Origin: Octopus vulgaris
Lineage: Eukaryota
Assembly: GCA_951406725.2 (NCBI GenBank)
Contig: OX597836.1
Location: 24,738,001-24,802,000 of the forward strand
DNA length: 64,000 nucleotides
Direction of reading: 5' to 3'
The notes beneath the pieces are model-generated. The model saw nothing but the letters and a program-made list of their open reading frames with translations, was not told where the DNA came from and ran no database searches. The translations under genes were made by a program, and so were the position numbers. Positions 1-14,622 of the stretch are shown piece by piece (position 1 is the first letter of the stretch; every line of letters starts with the position of its first letter).

Positions 1-281
1 AGCTGCCTGCATCTATGTTTCTTTTCTTTTTACCTGCTTCCATCGCAACTCGTTAACCTGTCTGCGCCATTTTCCTCAATCACTGGCTTTTCACTCTCTC
101 TGTCTATCTCCGTTTCAATTTACTCCCTCTCTCTTACCCCCCCTCTCTCTCACCCCCTATCTCTTCTTATTCTTTCAAAGTCACTGTCCCCACCTCTCCA
201 CCTCTTAATAATACATTATTCCTCCACCACCTCCGACATCACCACCAACAACAACAAATCGTTGTCCATTGTTGTTGTTAT

Positions 282-492
282 TATTATTTAGCCCCAGGCC
301 GACTTTGATCCATCAAACCTATGATCAAAGGTATTTTAGCTGTGATCTAGGCATCCTTCTCTTTCCGTTTTTTCTTTCTTCTTTTTTCTTTGTATCTAGG
401 ACAACATTGCTTAACTTCTTCCATTTTTGAATATAAATCTGCGATTTGTTGTAGATTTGACTACCATTTCTTGCAGGTCAAACGGTCACATA
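282..492. repeat. dispersed repeat fragment (related copy at ~12925-13045)
   Basis: tagccccaggccgactttgatccatcaaacctatgatcaaaggtattttagctgtga resembles cagatcagctctaatcaaactcgccaatcttcaaagcaatttcagccttgg at 12931, and the downstream parts are also loosely similar. Confidence 0.4.
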
Positions 493-649
493 GCTCGATT
501 TCGCTTATAGATTAATCCTTTGCCTTCGGCTGTAGTAGACAGAATGCTATTAACGACACCTAAATCCGCTAACTACGGATTAACAAGCCACCAATGACAG
601 ATATGGCTTTAATTGGGGAAACATATGCTTATCTCATCTCACAAGTCAT

Positions 650-654
650 CTCTC

Positions 655-692
<38 letters not shown>

Positions 693-860
693 GCTTCATG
701 TAGATATATGTGTGCGTATGTATATGTGTATGCGTATATATAGCCATGTATGTATGTATGTATGTATGTGTATACATATGTATATGTATGTGTGCGTGTG
801 TGTATGTGTATAGATATATATGTATACGTATATATATACATCCATATATATATACATATA

Positions 861-955
<95 letters not shown>
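650..955. repeat. compound microsatellite (CT)n/(TATG)n/(TA)n
   Basis: direct reading. Confidence 0.97.
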
Positions 956-1206
956 TTTGATTCTTTGTACGTATTCCCTCTCCATCGATTTATTTGCCTC
1001 ACCGTTCGTCTTTCTCTTCGCTATTATCTCTTTTTCTCTCTCTTTCTTTCTCTCTTTCTCTCTCTTTCTCTCTCTTATATATATTACCTCTCAAATCTCT
1101 TTCTCTTTCTCCTTTTATTGCTTTCCTTTCTCTCCTATTCTGTTTCTTTCCCCGTCCAACTTCTCTCCTTCTCTTGCTCCCTTCCTCCCCCTCTTGCTCC
1201 CTTCAT

Positions 1207-1245
<39 letters not shown>

Positions 1246-1361
1246 GCTATCCTTTCCATCTTTCCATAGGGGCTGGTCCATAGTTATGTATTACTTATGA
1301 GTTTGATAAAATTGTCGACAGGATTCAGGTTAACCTGTATATGCATGTGCGTGTGTTTATA

Positions 1362-1364
<3 letters not shown>

Positions 1365-1451
<87 letters not shown>

Positions 1452-1690
1452 CTGCGTGTGTAAAGCCATTTGTAAAAAAATATCAAATGCAATAAAAAAG
1501 GTCCTCTTTACTTTCCCTTCTTGATTTCATTTTACAAAATGCTGAAATAATATAGGAAAGGTGAGCGTAGATGTCTGTGTGGATGAACGGACTATATATA
1601 CATACATGCACACATACACACATACACGCATGCATGCATACATACATACACACATACATACATACACACATACATACATTCATACATACA

Positions 1691-1724
<34 letters not shown>

Positions 1725-1734
1725 CATATATACA

Positions 1735-1768
<34 letters not shown>

Positions 1769-1796
1769 CATATATACATACATATATACATATATG

Positions 1797-1850
<54 letters not shown>

Positions 1851-1860
1851 TATATATATA

Positions 1861-1908
<48 letters not shown>

Positions 1909-2199
1909 TTATGTTTCACTCCTTAGCCAAGTTCTAAAAGACCGCGTGTTTTGAAATTCTTGTGAGTGAAACATAACGTACTTGTGTTTATTCTAAGACC
2001 AATAAATTTACTTCAAATGAACTTGTAGAGTTATTTTATCTCTACATACTACATATATATATATATAGATAGATATGTGTGTTTACATACATATACACAT
2101 ACCTGCACACATACATTCATACATACACATACACATACATATATACATACATACACACACACATACATACATACATACATACATACATACATACATACA

Positions 2200-2233
<34 letters not shown>

Positions 2234-2252
2234 CATACATACATACATACAT
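1365..2252. repeat. microsatellite cluster (GT)n, (TACA)n, (TA)n
   Basis: direct reading; short unique spacers lie between the tracts. Confidence 0.95.
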
Positions 2253-2561
2253 AGCAATATCAAGCCTGTTGATGTGGCTACCATTGCTTATTACTATGAT
2301 GGATGGCGATGGGTCATCAAGCTTTGTGAAGCGTCAAATAAAGGCCTGAAATACCTTGAAATTCAAATATTCAAATCCTGCAGAAATGAACTTTACTTCT
2401 CCTTTTCTAGAGAATATCGATATAATCGATTGCCTCCCCCAACCCCGCCCCAAATTTCTAGTCTTGTTCGTGTTATTGTTATTCCTTTGTAACATAGTGT
2501 AGGTAAAAATGCAATAGAGTCTTTAGTCATCAGTCAGGTCACAACAAGGACCTCAGACAGA

Positions 2562-2629
<68 letters not shown>

Positions 2630-2658
2630 CGTTATTATTATTATCGTTATTATTATTC

Positions 2659-2704
<46 letters not shown>

Positions 2705-2729
2705 CATCATTATTATTATTATTATTATT
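2562..2729. repeat. (ATT)n/(ATC)n microsatellite
   Basis: direct reading. Confidence 0.97.
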
Positions 2730-2762
2730 GGCATCTAACTGAATGTTAGAGGAGAATATCAA

Positions 2763-2850
2763 TACCGTAATTTCCGACATACAAGTCGAATTTTTCGGAT
2801 CAAAATTTACATCCAAAAGAAGTCGACTTATACACCAAGACGACTTTAGA
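2763..2850 (+). mobile_element. Tc1/mariner-superfamily (pogo/Tc2-like) terminal remnant
   Basis: TA followed by ccgtaatttccgacatacaagtcg, then gtcgacttatacacc; resembles CCGTAWTTTCCGGACTATAAG-type termini; no partner TIR found. Confidence 0.45.
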
Positions 2851-5309
2851 AGACCAAAATTCTATGTGAACTGTAGCCGGATTTAGAAAGATAGTGAAGA
2901 TGTTCGAATGTTTACACTATAAACTACGTTGATTTGTGTGCCAGAGAATATTTATATTCATCATAAGATATGTTACATTTTATTTATGTCGCTGCATTGG
3001 AAATATAAGTAGATGATAGTGAGACAGTTGCCGAGGAATGTCTTCTAATTTGCTCAGAAAATTAACTTTATTAACTTTATGTGTCATTACTCGACCAGAG
3101 AAACAACATTTTGGGATGTCTTGTTTTTACAAATGGCGGCGGAAGTAGTGGGCGATTAGTACCAGAAGAAGGAGAGAAGCGACTCTCTTCTATTTGAAGA
3201 GAGAAACAGATAAAATAATAAACTGATTAAGAATAATGTGTACAGCACTGGAATTGCTAAATATAATAGGCAAATTTACGTCAAATCGTTCTATTTTCTT
3301 TAAAATAAGTAGGACATATTGGATTACGTTCGGTCAGATATAACATGTTTGAAAATTTAAATGAAACGGTCACAGACGGAACGGCTTTATTCATAGAGAC
3401 ATCTCGATCAGCGCCAAGCTGAGGTTAAACTAAGAAACAGCAATAACATCATCATGAATAAGGATGGTGATGGCAAGAGCAACGACAGAAATTGTGCGAG
3501 AACTATGTGTAATTGTATTGAGGATCGGTATGAAAACGAGGCCAAAGCTGAAGTTAGATGAGTGCAGCAGAAGACAACCACCAGCGAGTGTAGTCTCGAG
3601 GTTGTGATAAATGTAGATCCGACCACCAGCCGAGTTGAAGTAGCAGAACTTCAAATTCTAGAGACATGATTTCGTTCGACAGAGAGAAATATTCTCCCGC
3701 GTGCTGGAGTATCAGACTTCTCCAGTATTTAAGACTTTTATTGGTCGTTTGTACCTGATCATTTCCGGGTGTATTCGTATGTTTCTAGCAAGATCACTGT
3801 TCTCACCTTTCACATAACTTCCAATGAAATATTTTTAAAAAATAGGTCAATTTGAACCCTCTGTGTTTTGAGTTCAAATGCTACCACTGTTGACTTCGTC
3901 TCTCGCTCATTGGAAAGATGGCTACAACTAGGAACAGTTAGCACTAAACGTATCCCTTACAAATGCACAGCCTCTAAAACCTTGTACAGCACAAACTGCA
4001 CATTACATTGACTTCACTGTACTGAGTTCATATTCCGCTTAGATTGGTTTCTTTGCTCTGAAGTGCATGATAAACTTACAATATTCGACCAACAATTCTA
4101 ACAACTTTATCCCATTAGCCTAAATAACTTGACTTTCTGGCGGAGACAGTTAAAAAATCGTTATCTATTTCAGAGTAATTACGTAAGAGAAGCTAAAAAT
4201 CCATTATACATATCGTACATACATGCATACATACATACGCGTGTGTGCGTGCGTGGTGCGTGTTTATGAGTGTGCGTGTGTCTGTGTAACAACTGAGTTT
4301 GTATGATTCACTACTCGCTCTTCCTCGTTCACGATTTTCAGACAACTGATGGTACGAGGTATATTTGAAATTTTCCTTCGTGACACAGTAAGCCACCTTG
4401 AGAAAATTTTAGCTGGAATTACTAATCCCACTCAAAAACATATAACAATGTGCGAAAATAAACGTTTCTTAAAAGAAATTCTACTTATAAGATTACTTGT
4501 GATAGAAAATTTTCAACTAAAACATCATTATGAAGGTTCCACTGCGCTAAATCTATGAGTGTACAAATACGTGAACACTAGGGATTGGATAGTATACTGT
4601 GGTGGCGGAGGGTGGGGTTTTTTGTCTTTAATTTTGGACTTTTGCAAGGGATCATTGTCTTTAACAAGGAATTTACGATAAAGCAGGGTTTATGATTGAG
4701 ACAAAAATTATTTATAATTTCATATTTTCTGTTATACATGTCTCTAGCTAAATGGAACAGAATACATAACAGAATACATATACAATTATAAATTTATTTG
4801 ATTTTATAATCATATACCACCCCGAGAGACAAAACGACTTTAGCGAATGTTCCTTGTTAAAATTCAAATCAAATACCTTTCTACTCTCCCATTTTAGATT
4901 TCTTCATAATTTTCCATCCATAGATTCACTACAGTGATCTTAAAATGATTATCTTCCGTGCACTTCCTCATAAGAATGTTCTCTAGAAAATTTCCTAAAG
5001 ACAATTACCTTGGCAGTAAAATTACTTCTACAGCTAGGTTTTTTAATTTTTATACGCCTTTATATACCCAGATATGAAGCCAAACATACCCGGCAAGTTA
5101 CTTCCAGCGTGATTACTCAGGCTCAAGCGATGCACATATAACTTCAAATACGATATCCTCAGTAACCTGAGTACCGGGAAGGAGAAACTCTAAGCTGCGA
5201 CTCACACAGACTCAGCTTTGAGTAATTTTTACTCCATTCTACCCAACATTAGTGGATACTTTCAATCGCTTCATCATTGCATTTCACACAAGTATGATAT
5301 TGACATCAG

Positions 5310-5601
<292 letters not shown>

Positions 5602-5990
5602 ACCAATTCATACATTTGAAATAAACGTAATTGTGCATATGTTTTAATGAAAAAAACACATCAAATTGATCAAGATTAAACAAACACATGTCTGTACATA
5701 GCACGCGCACATAAGTACACATAACCCCAGACATGCACACACACACACACAAACACAAACACATATACGTAGAATCACACACACACACACACACACACAA
5801 TAGATATCACTTACAACAATACCAATAATCCTATTCTTGTTGAGCTTCGGATCCAATTATAAGCTTTGATCTGGTTCTCTTAACATTCTCACCATTGCAT
5901 GTGTGCGCGTGTGTGTGAGTATATATGTGCGTATGTGCGTGTGTGTGTGTGTGTGTGTGTGTGCGTGTGTGTGTGTGTACGTGTGTGTGT

Positions 5991-6160
5991 CGGTGGATTG
6001 GCAGAATTGTTAGAATGTCGGAGAAAATACCTTGCGGTAATTCTTCTAGCGCTTTATATTCTGAGCTCAAAATCCCGCCTATGTCGACTTTCTCTTTCAT
6101 CCTTCCGCGGTCGATAAAATATAACAACAGCTGAATATTAGAATCGATATAATCAACAGC
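5991..6160 (+). mobile_element. tRNA-derived SINE family A, degraded
   Basis: ggcagaattgttag...ctgagctcaaaatcccgcctatgtcgactttctctttcatccttccgcggtcgataaaat matches the family A copy at 54090. Confidence 0.75.
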
Positions 6161-6454
6161 CAATTCGGACTGGTACGCATTGAGCTAGCATAGTACAGCG
6201 GAACGTATATACTCTGTCCCCTCTTGGGATCCCGACGGTAGAGGAAATACGACATTGGTGGGAGTACATTACAGCAGCAGCAAAATTACTGTAATCACCT
6301 AAATTACTATCAACACAGCATACACTCGTACACATTCACACACACACACACACACACGCATATACACACACATAAGACCACCAGACTCTTAAGCACTTGG
6401 ATATGGTTCCTTAAATGTGATTTAAATATCAGGTATTTAATATGTGAATTCTCT

Positions 6455-6871
6455 CTAGGCGGCAAGCTGGCAGAAACGTTAGTACGTCGGGCGAAATGCT
6501 TCGGGGTATATCTATTTCTTTATTACCCACAAGGGGCTAAACACAGAGGGGACAAACAAGGACAGACATAGGTATTAAGTCGATTACATCGACCCCAGGG
6601 CGTTACTGGTACTTAATTTATCGACCCCGAAAGGATGAAAGGCAAAGTCGACCTCGGCGGAATTTGAACTCACAAGGTAACGCAGACGAAATATCGCTAA
6701 GCATTTCGCCCGGCGTACTAACGTTTCTGCCAGCTCGCCGCCTTGGGGTATATCGTCTGTCTTTCATCCTTTCGAGATCGATAAATTAAGTACCAGTCGA
6801 GTATGGGAGTCGATCTAATCGACTGGCCCCCTCCCCCAAAATTTCGGGCCTTGTATTCTAGAGTAGAAAAG
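6455..6871 (+). mobile_element. SINE family A, interrupted by a nested antisense SINE
   Basis: head ggcggcaagctggcagaaacgttag; resumes at 6755; 16-bp TSD aatatgtgaattctct at 6439-6454 and 6872-6887. Confidence 0.9.
6513..6744 (-). mobile_element. SINE family A (alternative 3' tail), nested in the previous element
   Basis: full antisense copy; 10-bp TSD ggggtatatc at 6503-6512 and 6745-6754. Confidence 0.92.
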
Positions 6872-7356
6872 AATATGTGAATTCTCTGACAAAATGGATG
6901 TTTCGACACATCGAGCTCCTTAAAATTTCATTACACTTAGAATATTTAGTATTACTTGAAGAAATTCGATTTCAAGATTAATTTATTCATACTGGTCAGC
7001 TCAAGTTCATTTTCAATGTCAGTTTTTTATGATTTGGGCTTTTTAAATAATAATATTGATACCACAGACTGAGATTCAATAACATATTATTCGGTAATTT
7101 TTTTTTTTCCAGTCGTATTACTCTTTTTTATTGCCCCTGTGCCACATGTCTATATTTAGAACTGTAATTAGTTCACGGTCAGTCAGTGATCAGTCAGCGG
7201 TCAACCCTTAGATGTGAGCAAATTTGGCTTCGCCAGTACAGTCCTATCAGAAACACAAGTGTGACGGGCAATGGATAATCTAATGCCAAGTATTAAGCAT
7301 TTTGATTTGGATAACTAAACTCTTACTGTAATGTGCTAAATAGATTAAAACAGCGG

Positions 7357-7358
<2 letters not shown>

Positions 7359-7430
<72 letters not shown>

Positions 7431-7440
7431 GATGTATATA

Positions 7441-7535
<95 letters not shown>

Positions 7536-7554
7536 GTACATATACATGTATATA

Positions 7555-7588
<34 letters not shown>

Positions 7589-7612
7589 CGTACATATACA
7601 TGTATATATATA

Positions 7613-7655
<43 letters not shown>
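7359..7655. repeat. (TA)n microsatellite
   Basis: direct reading. Confidence 0.97.
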
Positions 7656-7658
<3 letters not shown>

Positions 7659-8174
7659 GAGCGGGAGAGAGAGGGTGAGAGATAATAGAAATGATAATAA
7701 GGATGAAGAGATGAAGGTGGGGGTAGAAGTGGATGCATGAAGAATAAATTACAGGTAGATAAGTAGAGAGGATGAGGGAAAAGAGAAGCTGGAACAGAGG
7801 GGGGGGGCGGTAAAGATGGTTGGTTGGATGTGGGTTGGGATCGTTATGTGGTTGGTTGGTTGGTTGGGTTGGTGGGTAAGTGAAAGTTAGCAGGGCTGAA
7901 AGTGAGTTCAGATTGACAGTTAGAATACGTTAAGCTGCTAAAAAAAAAAAAAAAAAAAAAAAAGAAAGAAAAAGAAAAAAAAAGTCGTTTCTAAATTCTA
8001 ATTCCTGTAGCCTGTCTAGTAGTCAATTCCTATGGACAACGCCCGCCTAATCCGCCAAAAAGAGCCTCCTAATACAATAATACAGGCTAAATCGTTTATC
8101 TACTTCAAAGACAACTAGTCCTTCGCTAAGTTAACTAACTCTCAGCTCCGTCATAAATCCTTTACCTTACCCAC

Positions 8175-8241
<67 letters not shown>

Positions 8242-8290
8242 GTTATTATTATTATTATTATTATCATTATTATTATTTTTATTATTATTA

Positions 8291-8326
<36 letters not shown>

Positions 8327-8327
8327 C

Positions 8328-8404
<77 letters not shown>

Positions 8405-8678
8405 CATTATTGTTGTTGTTGTTGTTGTTGTTGTTGTCGCTGCTGTTGTTTCTGTTGTTATTAGTATTATTTGTCTTTCTCGTTTTTCTTCTTTTTCTCT
8501 CTTTTTTTTCCTTTCTCATCTATTCCAATTTTGCTCTCGTTATTTTTGTTTGTTTGTTTTAGGGGTGTAGGGGTTACATAATAAATTAGGGGTTGCGGAT
8601 TTAATTTTTAAAACTCCTTCTCCACCCCGCCCAATTTATATGATTTGGCCAGTTCAGGAGTACTATGAATATGATGAC

Positions 8679-8717
<39 letters not shown>

Positions 8718-8718
8718 A

Positions 8719-8759
<41 letters not shown>

Positions 8760-8905
8760 AAAGATGAACAGAAGGAGGTGGTGGAGGAGGGGAGGATGAG
8801 GAGGAAGAGAAGAAGGATGGTAGTTGTGATGAAAATGGTGATGATGATGACGACAAACGGTGTGATGATGTTTTATCAGTGGTGGTGGTGGTGGTGGTGG
8901 TGGTA
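8175..8905. repeat. (ATT)n, (GTT)n, (GAT)n, (GGT)n trinucleotide tracts
   Basis: direct reading. Confidence 0.95.
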
Positions 8906-9282
8906 GCAATGATAACCGCTTTACGGATAAATAATAGATGAACGACTGGATGGAGAATTAAATGACTATGGAATAATTAAAAAGGTGAAGACGGTTCTGT
9001 CCACGCGTGTATGTGTGCGGATGCGATGCAGAATGTGTGTGTGTGTGTGTGTGTGTGTGCTTCTGTGTGTGTAAAGACAGCTCGCTTTATATAACAGACA
9101 TTCCACGGAATGTCTGTCATATAAATTAGTTAGGTGTCTACTGATATGCATAGTTAAGGAATTAATATTATGCAAACACACATTATGTTTATACGTATAT
9201 GTATACAAAAACCTAAACAGTACACACACACACACACATACACACACACACACACAAACACACACACATATATATATATATA

Positions 9283-9513
9283 TTTCTTTACTACCCACAA
9301 GGGGCTAAACATAGAGGGGACAAACAAGGACAGACAAAGGGATTAAGTCGATTACATCGACCCCAGTGCGAAACTGGTACTTTATTTATCGACCCCGAAA
9401 GGATGAAAGGCAAAGTCGACCTCGGCGGAATTCGAACTCAGAACGTAACGACAGACGAAATACCGCTAAGCACTTCGCCCTGCGCGCTAACGTTTCTGTC
9501 AACTCGCCGCCTT
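9283..9513 (-). mobile_element. SINE family A
   Basis: near-identical to 6513-6744 and 33634-33845 (gaccccgaaaggatgaaaggcaaagtcgacctcggcggaa). Confidence 0.92.
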
Positions 9514-9903
9514 ACATATATATATGTGTGTGTGTATGTGTGTGTGTGTATAAATATATATGTATGCATGCATGTATGTATGTATATATGTATGTATATT
9601 TGACTGTGGCCATGCTGGGGTACCGCCTTCGACGTATTTTTTCCAGCCATATTCTCTTGTACTCATTTTCTGTTCGGTTCGCTTTTCTAAGGATTTTCTC
9701 TCAACTCGATAAATTATTGTCTTACTTAAAGGGACATAACTCGGCACAGCACTTTACACAGTCATGAGAACTGACATGGACGCAGATGTACACTCAAGCG
9801 TGCACACGCACTCATTCATATACCTATATATGTACATAGATAGACACACAGGTGCATAAACACATGCATACGTGCATACGTGCATACACACATACATTCA
9901 CAC

Positions 9904-9954
<51 letters not shown>

Positions 9955-9982
9955 TTCTCACATACACACACACACATATATA

Positions 9983-10056
<74 letters not shown>

Positions 10057-10801
10057 CATGCATGCCTAGATACAAACATTCAAACATACAGACATATATG
10101 TATGGACTGGTTCGAACCCGCTATCCATGGTGGGGTGCCCAAAGGCGGAGACAACAGAAGAATTACGAAATAAAATAGCCTGTGGAACAGAATGATGTTT
10201 TAGCGACATCAGATCTCCTAACACTACAAGGTGTGTCGAAAATATCTTTAGTTTCCTACTTTAGATACAAAATAACATTTTTGGAGGCAACGGAACGCCA
10301 GTTTTATAAAACGGGATATAAATGACGTAATTAACACCCGGATGCAGGACATCTACTGAATCAACCAACGAATAAACGATTAATATATTAATAGTCTGTA
10401 ATAGATTAATAGACTGTAACGAAACGCGACACGGATTAGCAAAAATAAATGCGATCGTTCAGTACACAATCTAGGAAACGGTATATAGATGATCAGTTTC
10501 AGACAAGATACAGCGGGATAGCAAGGTATTAAAAAAAAACGACATACAGATATCTACAACGTAGCTGACCAATAAAAATATAGAACAACGAATTGGCAAA
10601 TGAAACAACGACATCCATAAGCAAAACATTAAAAGTAGACTAAAAATCATCCAGTTTAAACGAATGTCATAGGGAAAAGAAATTGAGCTACATTAAGGTA
10701 TCTGAAAGCCATCCGGATTATATCGATAAGATTAGTTCTCGCCTAAGGATCGTAGTGGCATGAAACAGGAATCTCGAAAAAGTAGAATCCAATTTAAATA
10801 G

Positions 10802-10873
<72 letters not shown>

Positions 10874-11625
10874 GCTGATGTATATGTATATATATGTATG
10901 TATATACATACATATGTATGTATATACATACATATACACCTACATATTTCTGTTATAAATATATACCGAATGAGAATTTATATAAACACTTTTTATAAAA
11001 CCAGTTGAAAATTTAGACTTAAACCTTTAACCCTAACCACTAAATTTAACCTAGCTTTGACCTACACTCTTAGAAAAACCTAACATGTTACGTCTATTAT
11101 TTTATACACGTTCTTGTATGAACCTAAAAGGACATATTACTGACCTTTTAGAGAACTTTCAGTTAACCATAAATTGCATGCTGACTCGTCAAGAACTCCT
11201 ATACAAATCTAACCATTAGCACTGAGTTTACATACACTTTTCAAGGAAACCAAACAACAACAAATAAATAATCCCACGCATTAAACATGAACACAATCAC
11301 TTTATTACTTTCTTTACTTACTTTCCCTACCCCCATAAATGTATGCTTTTCTTCTCCTTCTCTCCTTTCATATGCATGCCCCCTATTTTTCTAGCTTCAA
11401 ACTCATTTACAATACATCTACTTTGCATATACCTCGCTCCACCGGCTAAAGGAATCCTTCCATCTCGAAATTCATATGTAAAGTTTGAAAAACCGAACTC
11501 AGTCACAATCTAATGGGGGCACACACGCCAACACTTAATGTTTTCTTGGTAAATAAAAAAATGTATACAAATTGCACTCTATTAATTCATTCGTGTATTG
11601 TTTCTTTTATGTATGCAACTTTAGC

Positions 11626-11963
11626 GGCACTTCGTCGGTTACGACGACGAGGGTTCCATTGATCCGATCAATGGAACAACCTGCTCGTGAAATTAACGTG
11701 CAAGTAGCTGAGCACTCCAGAGACACGTGTGCTCTTAACGTAGTTCTGGGGGAGATTCAGCGTGACACACATTGTGACAAGGCTGAAAATACAGGTACAA
11801 TAGAAACGGGAAGAAAGAGTGAGAGAAAGTTGTGGTGAAAGAGTACACCCCACCTCACCCCTCTGCCGGAGCATCGTGGAGCTTTAGGTGATTTTGCTCA
11901 ATAAACACTCACAATGCCTGGTCTGGGAATCGAAACCGCGATCCTACGACCGCGAGTTCGCTG
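11626..11963 (-). mobile_element. tRNA(Arg)-like SINE family B, 5'-truncated and internally deleted
   Basis: reverse complement of the 44505 and 57289 copies. Confidence 0.9.
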
Positions 11964-12196
11964 TACGTACGTATGTATGCTTCACATATATATATTTTAT
12001 GAATATATATAAACATATGTACATATATATATACATACATATACACACACACATATAAATCCTATATATATATATCACATATTATTATACATATAAGCAT
12101 ACACACACCCATATATATGTTTGTGTGTGTATGTGTGTGTGCGCGTGCCTGCATGTATACATACATGCATATATACATGCCTACATACATGCATAT

Positions 12197-12209
12197 AGAT
12201 AGATAGACT

Positions 12210-12283
<74 letters not shown>

Positions 12284-12289
12284 AAGACT

Positions 12290-12377
<88 letters not shown>
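12197..12377. repeat. (GATA)n microsatellite
   Basis: direct reading. Confidence 0.97.
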
Positions 12378-12378
<1 letters not shown>

Positions 12379-13084
12379 GGATATACTGAGAGCGAGAGAA
12401 GTAAGAAGAGAACCTACGCAAGGCTGTTGTTATGGTAATCATTAAGATACCTTAATACGTATAATAAAGGCCAGAGAGATTTATTACAATAAATCCTGTA
12501 TTTGTCAATTGATTTAAGACGTAAACCTCGGTAACCTTATCTGGCCAAAAGCCTTTTGGAAGCTTAAGCCTAAAACCTTGACCTGTGCACTAACTTCTTT
12601 TATCGCCTCGGGTTGTGTATGAGAACTGGTGGAACCAAATGTTTGTGTGTGATTCTTTACTCGTCTATTTAATGTATTTGTGGAATACACAACTAGAAGA
12701 AGGTTTCTTTACGATAAAGAAATATCCCTAAACGTGAACCAATGTTTCATTAAGGACACAGTGTTCGTATATTTTATGTCACATTCACATGCCACATGTC
12801 ACACGAATTACAATTTGGTTTCATGGTAAATGTCATATGCATTAAGTCATAGTAATATAGCTAACATCCCGTGTTACGACATTTACATTGTCAACACCAC
12901 AGTCACCTAATGGTAGGGGTTATTTTGTTTCAGATCAGCTCTAATCAAACTCGCCAATCTTCAAAGCAATTTCAGCCTTGGCTTTCACATCCTATTCTTA
13001 ATCAGACACTACATCATCCGGTGTGACATTCCTTTCTTTAGGACTCTCTCCAAGTATCAGAACATTATGACATAACAGCAGAGT

Positions 13085-13200
13085 CACATAGCGAACGTCA
13101 CACGTTTTATGGAATGATCAGATAGTGAACGTCAAACATTTTATAGCATAACCACATAGCGAACGTTTTACGGTACAGTCACATAGCGAACATCACAAAG
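13085..13200. repeat. degenerate ~34-bp minisatellite
   Basis: cacatagcgaac-type core at 13085, 13119, 13153 and 13180. Confidence 0.8.
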
Positions 13201-13349
13201 TTTGTGACCTTGTCCATTGACGATCGTCAATAAAAAAAAACATATATATCATTGTTAGCATTGATGTTGTAATAGAAAACAAGCTTCGTACACATCCTAT
13301 GTTGAAAACCTCATTAGCCAGTCACTCCTTCCTTTTCAAGTCGGTCCTT

Positions 13350-13616
13350 CTTAAGAATGATGAACGAAGCACCCATATCTCCAGAGGTGAATTATTCAAA
13401 CCCCAAAGAATCCCTCTCAACACACAGCTATGATGCTCCCCTCTACTTCTGCTCGTGATCACAAATGCACATATCGTCAGCCACTAAGGGACATGCTCAA
13501 CTGGTTAAGGTCAAACAAATGACAAGTAAACCTGTGGTATTGAAGAGAACATTTGCTGTGGCCCATCTTTTATAGCAAGGCAAAACAAAGTACATGATTA
13601 CACTTCCAATCAGTTA
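13350..13616 (-). mobile_element. non-LTR retroelement 3' UTR fragment (same family as 50190-50765)
   Basis: reverse complement of 50236-50500 (agccactaagggacatgctcaactggtta etc.). Confidence 0.85.
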
Positions 13617-13648
13617 TGGAAGGGGAATATTTTTATTATCATCTTTAC

Positions 13649-13714
<66 letters not shown>

Positions 13715-13715
13715 T

Positions 13716-13927
13716 GACGGTGAGCTGGCAGAATCATTAGCACGCCGAGCAAAATGCTTTGCGGCATTTCATCCGTCTTCATGTTCTGACTTCAAATTCT
13801 GCCGAGGTCAACCTTGCCGTTCAGTCTTTTGGGGTCGACAAAATAAGTACGAGTTAACACTGGGGTCAATATAATCGACTTACCCCCTCTCCGAAATTGC
13901 TGGGCTTGTGCCAAAATTTGAAATCAT
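13716..13927 (+). mobile_element. SINE family A
   Basis: ggtgagctggcagaatcattagcacgcc...ggggtcgacaaaataagtac; flanked by (ATT)n and (CTA)n. Confidence 0.88.
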
Positions 13928-13966
<39 letters not shown>

Positions 13967-14587
13967 CGTCATATTACCAAAAACTAGGTTTGGGGGCTGC
14001 TTTCATTAACTGACGTTTCGGGACAAAGGACTTCAAGTGTGTTGTTGGTTTTAATGATAGAACACGATGAATGAATTCCAAATGAATGGCATCAAGTGTC
14101 CCATACGATTAATGGTGAGTTTTTAATTCCATAAACTCGGTTCCATCATAAAGAAACCGACAAGCAAATACTAACACTGGTTGGAGTTTCTGTAACTTTT
14201 GTCTGAAATGTTCGAAACGGTGTTTATGATATCTCTCTTATGCACAAAAATGCCGAACAAAATCTAATCGGCGTATTTTAACAGCCTGCAACACGCTGAA
14301 ATATTCGTGAATAGAAATTATCCGGCATGGGGTGGATGTCTATTATAGATCATCTCGCTATTACAAGTTAACTGGTTTACATTATTTTTCTTCTTGTTTT
14401 ACGTAGAAATAAAGAAAGGTGTTGCAAAATATGTTGAATATTATTTTCAGAATTTTCAATGGCAACATCGTGGAATATTGGAAGCAGAAACGGCTGTTGG
14501 ATAGGATTAAGTCTATTTGTATCAAAAAGTAATAATCGATGTTAGTCAATTGTTGTTGATCAATATTTCTCCATTTTCTGTTTACTT

Positions 14588-14622
<35 letters not shown>

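Noticed and set aside
11018-11070. taaccctaacc telomere-like motif
   Set aside because: Only about two units, so not an interstitial telomeric array.
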